Source: Euprymna scolopes
Taxonomy: Eukaryota
Strand: one strand, 5' to 3'
Length of the DNA: 64,000 bases
Assembly: GCA_053919585.1 (NCBI GenBank)
Contig: CM132786.1
A program made the position numbers and the translations under genes. The notes beneath the pieces were generated by a model. It was not told where the DNA came from. It ran no database searches and saw nothing but the letters and a program-made list of their open reading frames with translations. Position 1 is the first letter of the stretch, and each line of letters opens with the position of its first letter. Positions 54,609-64,000 of the stretch are shown in pieces.

Positions 54609-57600
54609 TCAAGGGGAAATAGGATTTTTTAACGGGTGGATACGCACCGCATCACCCCCCTCTTTTACCCTTGCTGACCTGATTACCCCATCTTCTCCGT
54701 AAAACATCTCCAAAATGATCCCAAGAATCCAAAACGGCCTAGGCTTATGTGGGTTCCTCACCAATACCACATCTTCAACCTTTAATCTGTTTTGGAAGGG
54801 CACTCTAGAACGCCCCTGGGGTTTCTCCCAGAGGCTCGACAGGTACTCATTATACCACAGAGTTCGATAACTCTCCAGGCACTGGTCCCGAAACTGCATG
54901 GTCCTGAGCATCCTTTCTCGGTTGGGTGGGAGGTGGGAGCCAAAATCCTCATCGTTCAGATCTAAAAGTAACCCAGGACTCTAATTAGGCCGCAAAAACA
55001 TGTTAGGAGTTACTGCCGTTATTGATAGTTCTTTAGATATCCGATATGGTGGTAAGTAAACAAAAATAATTCATCTCACCTCTACCAACCACCTTGTAAA
55101 GACAATTCTTAATTGTCTGGATACTCCTCTCCCAAACGCAAGGTGAGTAAAGTGGAATGGGACAGAACTTGATAGAACAGGAGCCAAACTTCTGTTGGTA
55201 ATCATGGTTTAACATCAACCTTTTAAATAATCGACCGCCCCCTAAGAAAGTTTTAGCATTATCACTGTAGATGGTAGACGGGATGCCATACAGGTTCGTG
55301 AACCGCACCAATGCCTGCGGAAAGGCCAATACACTCATGTCAAGCACCCATTCGATGTGTATAGCTCTGGCACATAGACACGTGAAGATCAGTAAATACA
55401 TTTTCCCCTCCTTACCACCTTTCCTTACCCAAAGGTGTTCAGTGAAATCAACTCCTGTATGCTTAAAGGGAACTTCCAGTTCAATGCGGGATGCGGGCAG
55501 GTTAGCTACATTGGGTGGCAAGACTTGTCTGGCATTGTACCTTCGGCACAGTGCGCAGGAAGTAAGGATCGTCTTCACTGCCTGTCTGCCCTTTGGCACT
55601 CAGTAGTCACAACGTCTCAGTTCCGCTAAAGTGGACGCAATCCCTAATTGCTGGTTCCTAGCATGTGCATCCATTATGATAAGCTTGATAATCAGGTGAT
55701 TCTTTGCCAACCGAATAGGGTGTTTAACCTCCATGCTAAAGTGGAGAAATCTACCAATTCTGCCACCTGACCTGATTAGACCTTCATCGTCAATAAACAA
55801 ATCAAGGTCCCGCACCAACCCAGGTACCGTCTTCCCCGAAGGATAAAAAAATCCAGTTCCTCAGCATATACCTGGCGTTGCATCGTCTGCATAAGCAAAA
55901 CTGCTGCCAGTTTTTCACTGTCAACTTCTAACCGGCGCAAGCGATTGATAAATTTCAGGACTAAGGAAGTCACTCTTAAGAGTTTATTAAATGAAGATAC
56001 CCTTTTCAGGGGCAGAACAGTAAGTGTTTCCTCTCCATGGAGGATCGCAGCATTCCAAGATGCACGAGCCATACCTTGGCTGCGTTTGTGGAGGCATGGC
56101 AAGTCTTGAGTAGCCCAAGGAGGGGTGCCGCCACTCAACCAACCTGGACCATAGCACCAGAATTGGAAGCAGGTTTTGAACCTTTCCAGCGTCATTCCCC
56201 TTGTGATCAACTCAGCGGGGTTCTCTGCCGTTGGAATGTACCGAAATAAGGGATACAAACTGAGTGTGGCTTCCAATTCAACGCTCATCTGCTGGATATC
56301 CTTTAGCCAATCCAGGCAAACAGGTTCTTGCTCGCGATGGTCCCCGAGATAAGCCAAGAGAGGACCACTTGAGAATCTGTGGCCACGTGAATTTCAGAAG
56401 GAGTGAATCCCCCAAAGTTTCTTAGAATCGTGAGCACACACTTCATGGCAAGGAACACAGCCATGAGCTCCAGAGTAGGAAGTGTTTTCTTTTTCAAAGG
56501 AGCCACCCTAGCTTTGGCAAATACAAAAGAAGATCGACATTTCTGAACCACATATGCCGCGAACCCATAGGCTTCCGGGGAGGCGTCACAAAATAGGAAG
56601 AGTTCGGCAAGTTCACTCTCACTGAGTGCCTTACGGGGAAAGGAAATGGTCCCCAATCCAGAAAGATCTGATGAAAGTTTCTTCCATGAGGAAAAAAACA
56701 GGTGGAACCAACACATCTCACGCTAATCCTTTCTCCCAAAGCCTGCTTAGCAGAATACGACCTCGAAATGAAACGGGCAAGCACAATGATAAAGGACCAT
56801 AGACTCTTGCGGTCTCCCCGAGAATTTGTCTCTTAGTAGAAGCATCAGGGCTGCACTTAACCGCAGCCAATCGAAGGGTGTCGGAGAGAGGACAGTACCG
56901 ATAACCAAGTACCTTTTCCCAACAATTGCCATGAACACTCAGTGTACCATGCTTCTCCATCTTGCTTCGAATTCCTACATGGTCAGTATGGCAAGACTGT
57001 AGTTCGAAGCCTCCTTGATGTAACCTCTCCCGAGAGAGAGAGTGTATAATCCACACAGCTTTTCTGGACTATCACTAGACATGATGAGATTATCCATATA
57101 AAACGATTTTCCATCATAAATCTGCAGTTATCCATAGGAAACTGTGCAGCATGATATCAGAGAACATAATTTTAGTTAAAAGGACTGGAAGCAAGCCCAA
57201 AAATTATTGCGTTGTACCTAAAACAACGTAGTCGTTCGCCATCCTTAAAAAAAACAGAACCTGTTCTTATCTGATTCCAGCTTCAGGCTGATCATCTAAA
57301 AGGCCTCCTTGATGTCTGCCAATACAACATGATTATTGGAGCGGAAAGTGAGTAGCAAATCCAACAGGTCAGTTGTTAAGTTTACTCCCTGGTAAGTAGT
57401 TTCATTCAAAGATGGAGAGTCCCCAACTTTGAGGCTACAGTATAATACTGGCCGAATTTTGGTGGTCGTAGTCGGGTCCGATTTCACAACCGGTCTATGC
57501 GGAATCCAAATAAATTCGTTAAATCTCTGAGGGGGCACAAAAATCTCCTCTATTATACCCTCCCGTTCTTGCGGCTGAGAAACCTGCAGATAGTTCAGGT

Positions 57601-57811
57601 AAAGCTGTTTCCTCTCCAGGTTTCGCGCTATATGTTCTAATATGCGCAAGGCGACAGCATGGTTAGAGGGGACACGCGATATTGTATCTTCTTCCCAGGG
57701 CAACTGGGCATAATACTTGTTATCTTTAAACAAGATGGATTGTTGGAAGAGCGCAATCTTCCGCTCATCATAATCTGTTAATTCTTGTTCTGTTATTCCC
57801 AGCAACTCCAT
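54609..57811 (-). pseudogene. pol: BEL pol (RT, RNase H, integrase, C-terminal DUF5641-like region), fragmented
   Basis: IPHRPVVK..TTKIRPV..SLNE..ADIKEAF; FYMDNL; LFCDASPEAYG..FAKARVAP..TLPTLEL; GVDF..YLLIFTCL..RAIHIE..YSDNAKTF..WERSI; W..EYLSSL. Confidence 0.92.
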
Positions 57812-57873
57812 CCAAACATTTTCTCTTACCCCCTTGGCATGTCACTGTCGGGGAAAAATCACTAAGTGGATCC

Positions 57874-59531
57874 TCATAGCACGAAACAAAGGTGAGCGGG
57901 GTTGACTCCAGCGGTTGATGCTAGAACAGAATTGAAGGTAAGGCTCTCTGGGTTCGCATCCAGAGAATGGTCCAAATCAAGGAACTGCTTCACCTCACCA
58001 AAGGGAACCAGTCCTGTTGGAATAATAAAGGCTTGCCCATACAAACAAGGAACCAGTTGGAGAGTTCCCAAGCTTTGAATAAAATCCAATCCAATTATTC
58101 CATGAATTGGAATGAAGTGTGTGCCTCTCACAAATCCACCCGCTAGGGGGCAATTATGCCGTTGGAACCCGTCTAAAAGAGTATCTAACTCCTAAATGTG
58201 CACAGATATATGCAGGTCCTCCTAGGAAGAGAATGTGGAGAACGAGATCCAACACTCACCTCAAATTTTACTTCCCTAAAGTTCCTATTACAGTCTCCAA
58301 GTATGGTAGTCAATTTAATTTCGCAATCCAGTCCAATGGACGCTAAGGGACCAAGGGGTTCTAACATCTAACCCGACAGATAAGTCCGGCCACTGCCAGT
58401 GTCCAACAAACAGTTGGCGGAAACCTGGTTGCCATCCTTCCCAAAGGTAACACACAAAACAGGGGGGAGGCATGAGAAGTGTCCACCTGGAGTGCGACAA
58501 GTAGAGTTATCCTGAAGTGAAGAGTCACTTCGAGAGGGATCAGGCCTTGGCCCAGATGAACAATCCCCCAATGACCCCCGACTAGTATTAAGGGTGGAGC
58601 CAGGGAGCTCGTGCCCCTTGATGAGAAGAGGTTTAACCGCTTCCCTAGTATCCTGCAAAATGGACGATAAGGTGGGGATTCTCTTCCTAGAAATTTGAAT
58701 CAGCTCCCCTCGGACCTCTCTGGGGAATTTGGAAACGAGAATCTTCGCCATAAGTCGAGCCCCCGAAGAATGGTCCTTAGAGAAAGAACAGCCAAATGCA
58801 CCTTCCAGCTCCGCCAGAAGAGAGACTGCTGGGGTAATGAAGTTAGTCAGAGTGATATAACCTCTATCTCGTTTATAGGAGAAGTCCAATATGTCTTGGA
58901 ATATGTGGGCTATTATTTCATCCTCATCGAGGTATTCGCTCCTCAGGACAGAAAGGGCCACCTCATAATTTCTATTGCAAGTAGTTATATGATTGATGAG
59001 TAACAAAGGTTGACCAGGCAGCGAACATTTAAGGAAATTCAGTCTTTCGGCATGGTTAGCCATGCCGGCTACACAATTTTCAAATCGTGATAGGAAGTTC
59101 CTGAAATTCCTGGAGTTGGATTGCATCTCCAACCCATCAAAGGTAGGTCCAGTAATCTGAAGCTGAGGCGGCTTCACGATAAAAGAAGACGCACTTCTTT
59201 CAATTCCAGGGGAACATGGAGCAGAACTTATGGACTTAGACGTACTAGGGAGGAACTTAAATTCGAGCTGCTCAAGTCCCCTTCTGAATCTTAGGGTACG
59301 TGCCAGAGATTCTTTCTCAATTTGAACCCAGTTCTCCTTCTCCTCAGATAACAGCTGAATCTTGCTAACACATATTTCAACTTCAGTTAAATATTCGGTA
59401 ACAGATTTCTGCAATGCAGCAAATGATTTACTAGAAAGTTTATCTTCCAAGTGAGCCATCTCCAGAATAGTTCTGATTTTGGTCCATAGAAAAGAAATTC
59501 TTTTCTGTAAATCTGCGTTGCGTCTGGTCAT
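57874..59531 (-). pseudogene. gag: BEL gag (DUF1759-like) plus aspartic protease
   Basis: ATG at 59531; FDG...F.NF..RFE..V..ERLNFLK.SL.G..NYEVAL..L..EY; CLLDTGSGRTYL; GIIGLDFI in a downstream frame. Confidence 0.85.
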
Positions 59532-59542
59532 GTTAGTAAAGG

Positions 59543-59555
59543 AATTCTTCCGCAA
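59543..59555 (-). promoter_or_regulatory. PBS-position sequence complementary to the element's own LTR (putative self-priming site)
   Basis: Minus TTGCGGAAGAATT, 2 nt after the 5' LTR, is the perfect complement of minus AATTCTTCCGCAA at 59649-59637. There is no TGG tRNA-type PBS. Confidence 0.6.
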
Positions 59556-59557
59556 AA

Positions 59558-59945
59558 TCTGAAAAAAAATAATTTTCCCTTAAAATCCAATGACTGCTAA
59601 GTCGAGGAAAAGGAAGCAATGTGCACCTACCTTACGTTGCGGAAGAATTGGCCCTCTTCTGCGACGTGACAGTCAGTTAACAATTTCTAGCCAGCAAAGA
59701 TGAGGTAATCAAAGAGTAGCTTTCCGGCACCAGCCACAAATGCATCTGAAAAAAAAACATAACCACTGGGCAGAATCTCTCTTTAAATAACCAAAAGGTC
59801 ATATGATTAACTGTCACCTGACCTGGGGGAAAAAAAAAACTTTAAAAGGCAAAGAAGGCAAGGCAATCTCTTTTTGTTAGTAAGCAAGGTAAGTGCACAC
59901 TGCTCTCCCTCCCTTGAGCAATCATTAATCCCCCCTTTTTTCAGT
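59558..59945 (-). repeat. 5' LTR of the BEL element (termini slightly mutated)
   Basis: Direct repeat of 53820-54200. Confidence 0.9.
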
Positions 59946-60863
59946 GAAGCATGGTTCTAATTATCCCAGGTACTACCGATTAATTCAAGAGGATGATTTA
60001 TTGTTTGTCGTGCGATATCGTTCTATCATGGAATGCCGACAAATTCTATCCATACAATTCTTAAAAAATTCCTCATTATGCTACCACTTGGATGGGGACT
60101 TCCTTCATTAAAAACCGAATCCATGTCGCGTCCGGTCTTTTGTATTTTAGTAGTAAAATATTATTCACCATTTTAAACCGGCACACGTTATAATTCTCAC
60201 TCCGGTCATTAACATATTTTCATTTTTTATAACAAGTTTAGACTTGCTTCCAAAATCAAATGTTTTTTTTTTGTGTCTATTGGTATGTGTTTGTATCCCG
60301 ACGAGAGCAGTATGTGGAATAAGGTTGTTATTACCATGACGGACACCAGTACACAAAAGGGAGCACTCTGGAAGTAGGAAAATAAAAGATGTCTTAGTAT
60401 AGAAGGGTTTCCCCGACGGCTAGAAGATTTATGTCTATTCTCTTTAACTGAAAAGTTAAAGGTATTTTATTGTGTTCAATCGAACGATACGTATGCGGAG
60501 AAAATGTTCTCTTATCAGGAAGGAACATGATTTCGTTAAGATTTTTTTTCATTGGAGAACTGCGATCCGTACGCTTTACTTCAATGTCTTCTTTTCCAAT
60601 CTTTTCATAGTATTCCAATTGACTATATATATAAATAAACGACCTTTGTGCTTGATTAATCTTTAGAGCTTGAATAGTGGTGTCTCATATGTATATGAAA
60701 ACAACACCAGGTGATTAATTGAATTAATCATTTTGTTGATACGTTTCCATGGAAAAAAATCTTTATTTTAAAATATAAATACATTCATAAATAAAGTTAG
60801 ACATCGGCATCACACTCTCTTCATACTCTCTGTTAGTTCCTATTAGCACAACAACCACTGATA

Positions 60864-60908
<45 letters not shown>

Positions 60909-62149
60909 ATATCTGTTGTGAGTGCGGTTATAAAAATTGGGATTAAGTCAGTGCTACTCTGACTTTAATTAGTTGGTCATTGGTTATAATACTTATAAGA
61001 AAATACTTTAACAATGTTCATTGTTTCATTTCCTCTTTGCTATTTTGTTTACATCAAGTTTCCTTTGAAAAAAATATGTATACAGAATCAATTTTTGTAA
61101 TTTAAATTTGTGTATTATTCGATGGGTTCAGCTGCAAATATGTGAACATACATAATGACAGAAAACAGTTAAAACTTCTTGCAACCAAATATCAATTTAT
61201 CAATGCTTGGCGATGGTTTGCTTCCGAATCAATTTTAGACTCAACAAACATCTTTCTCCCAAACTCTTTTTGCGAATAGAACCCACACTCGATGATCTGA
61301 AAATCACCCTTTCTAAATTGTCTTGCGTTCATAGACACCCTAGACATATCAGAGGCGTATGAGCCTGATTCCATCCCTGCTAAATAATTAAAAAAATTTC
61401 TATTTAGTAGTAAGGTACTTCTGCACTCCTTAGCAAAAATATCAGTCTTAATTTTTCAGATGAGCAAATAGACTATAATGAACAATGATAATCTTATACA
61501 AAAAAAATAATGAAATTATTGGAATAATACAAACAAATCAAACGATATTTCCTATAGTGTCTATAATAAAAATTATCAATGTTGATAATTATATCTCCTC
61601 CTTTGATCATAGATGATAGAATATATAATACACATTCATAATACCCCGAAACCGCAAAACAATCGAATGATGAACTGTATGATTAAAAAACAACAACCCT
61701 CGCTTTTACAAGGAGTAGTGCGCATTGTCCAAGTTATATTGGTTCTACTACCACTAGTATGCTGGATACTCACTAGAGTAGATAGATCCTTGCTCTGGAA
61801 TCCGGTAAGACCACGAAAAGTAACGTTGTCGTAGTCAATTTTTAGAGGGTACATAATCGGTGTTAATATCTATTCTAAAGCAATATATGAGACGATAACA
61901 ACGTTATCGGAATACTCTTATGTCTACAACACTTATACAATGTTTAGGCATTTGCTCTAGGAAAAAATTGTTGATTTCTAAGAATGTCAGCTAAAATNNN
62001 NNNNNNNNNNNNNNNNNNNNNNNNNNNNNNNNNNNNNNNNNNNNNNNNNNNNNNNNNNNNNNNNNNNNNNNNNNNNNNNNNNNNNNNNNNNNNNNNNNNN
62101 NNNNNNNNNNNNNNNNNNNNNNNNNNNNNNNNNNNNNNNNNNNNNNATT

Positions 62150-62394
62150 TATGCATGTCTGGTTAAACACGACTGTGTTGGTCTTTTACTCAATTATAGT
62201 GGTTAACTTTTCTCTTCGCCGAGCGGTCTTTCTGGTTTCAGCTGGTAAGTTATAAAATATGGCCGAACATAAACCACTGGGCACAATACTATATAACATA
62301 CTAGACGAAACAAGAAAGACCGCGCTGCAAATAGAAAAGATAACAAGCAACATTGGAAAAAAGGAACTCAGTCGTATTAAACCAGACACGCATA
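62150..62394. repeat. 30-bp inverted repeat pair (MITE-like)
   Basis: TATGCATGTCTGGTTAAACACGACTGTGTT (62150-62179) vs the reverse complement of 62365-62394, with 4 mismatches. Confidence 0.65.
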
Positions 62395-63053
62395 CTAGCG
62401 GCTGTACCCGGTGTTGCCTGGTGCGGAAAGTGGGCGAGAAGGCGGAATTAAACAACAGTTCAACCTGGGCAGAGAGAGGTTTTAAAAAGTGATAATGGAA
62501 GGGGGTCAAAACAACGGTTGGCAACCCGAGGGCTGAAAGAGGCGTTAAATTTGACAAATTTTTCAAATATAAAAACATGTTAAGTTGTGTTTGTACTGTA
62601 ATAGCGTGAGGCATTACCGTCTGTGAATTTTGGATAAAAGAAAATAATCATTTAATACCAAGCAGTTAGTTTAAAGCAAACTCAGTTAAAAAAAGTTTAT
62701 TTGAAGTTTAATTATTTGAAGTGGCGTGAGTGAAATTCAAACGTATTACTTTTATTTCGAAGAAGAGCTCTTACTTGATTAGTTTAAGATTGTTCCTATA
62801 ATCAATTATAATGTTTAATTAATGTACCGTACTATTTAAGTTTTATATTGCAAAACTTATTCATTTTTATCCTAACGAAAATAACTATTTTTAGAATCAG
62901 ATGTTCGATTTAAAAAGTATCGCTTGAATCTCTGTCAAAAATAATATTAAAACCACTGTTATATATATAACTTACCTTTGTGTGACATTTGCAATAAATG
63001 AGCGCAGTCATTTGGTAACAAAGTTGCATGTATCTAATTATATATATATATAA

Positions 63054-63116
<63 letters not shown>

Positions 63117-63580
63117 TGTGTGTGTGCAAAATCTGTGTTCTGCATCAATTGTTCTGTAATAAAATTCTATGGAAAAAGCAAACAAAATATATGTCATTGT
63201 ATCACTTACGTCATCGTCTTACGTAATACGTTTTCCTCTTTAATATTCTGTAGATAATCAGTGTTTCGTACAATTTTAAATTGCTTTTGTAATTCAATTG
63301 CCTTATAAACCAATTGCTAACATAATCCTAATTTTTCAATGTCCCTAATTCATATTGTTATAAACCTTAATCTTAATCTGTAATCAATTCCAAATTATAC
63401 ATCTCGTATTTATGTTGTCATATTTATATCTGTAGCGCTATGAAATAAGAAATTGCCATTTTTAGTGGACCTTGCAGTTATAATTAAACATATGATGCAA
63501 TCATGTTCTTTTTGGAATGGGCATGACCGTTAAAATTCCTATCTATAGTTCGTAATTGAGATGCAATGCGTCTTTCTTTG

Positions 63581-63664
<84 letters not shown>

Positions 63665-64000
63665 TCTTGACTGAATAGATTTATTAATCATTATAGGAAG
63701 ACTTTTCTGTGGTTTATTTGGCTTAATCTGTATATAAAATTACGTCGTTTCATAATATAATAATTAAAAGAGACTCATGTTTAATTGTGTTTAAGTTTGC
63801 AATAGTGATGATTTAATAATCTTCATTAATACTTATTAAGAATGAGTTTGACGAGTTCAGCTTGTTTGAAAGTAAAAGTTTAATCATGCAGTCATGAATG
63901 TGTGAATAATGCATGATGAGATACTACTACTACTACTACTACTAAAAAAAAAATAATAATAATGAATATAATCTATCTATCTATATATATATAAAAGTGA

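Larger units (their letters stand above)
53820..59945 (-). mobile_element. Full-length BEL/Pao LTR retrotransposon, inactivated by frameshifts and stops
   Basis: Two ~380-bp LTRs and Gag-PR-RT-RNaseH-IN order with BEL-specific motifs. A short PPT CCTGGGGAA precedes the 3' LTR. Confidence 0.95.

Noticed and set aside
53815-59950. Target-site duplication of the BEL element
   Set aside because: Left flank TGGAA vs right GTGAA/TGAAG is not an exact match, and the right LTR end is mutated, so no TSD is claimed
229-63197. Many short ORFs in the track rich in IYIY, CVCV, THTH or X runs
   Set aside because: They are translations of microsatellites or N-gaps, not genes

Overview
An AT-rich eukaryotic (invertebrate animal-like) draft-assembly window with about 11 short N-gaps and many (TA)n/(CA)n/(TAGA)n/(TAA)n/(TAC)n microsatellites. 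I cannot support any intact host protein-coding gene; nearly all recognisable sequence is transposable-element derived. Elements found: a complete Merlin (IS1595/ISXO2-like) DNA transposon with TIRs and an 8-bp TSD (749-2295); a full-length but frameshifted BEL/Pao LTR retrotransposon (53820-59945, minus); two Tc1 relics; several Penelope-like relics; two converging R4/Dong-like LINE relics; CR1/L2-type LINE fragments; three non-autonomous Helitrons; and several MITE/foldback repeats. Two signals stand out. (i) The BEL element has no tRNA-type PBS. Instead, a perfect 13-nt complement of its own LTR sits 2 nt after the 5' LTR, which is Tf1-like self-priming geometry, and its Gag has no zinc knuckles. 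(ii) About ten type I hammerhead-ribozyme cores lie next to microsatellites. Two are fused to tRNA-derived Pol III heads, and one of these forms a 332-nt retrozyme-like monomer. All calls come from reading the sequence by eye; no searches were run.
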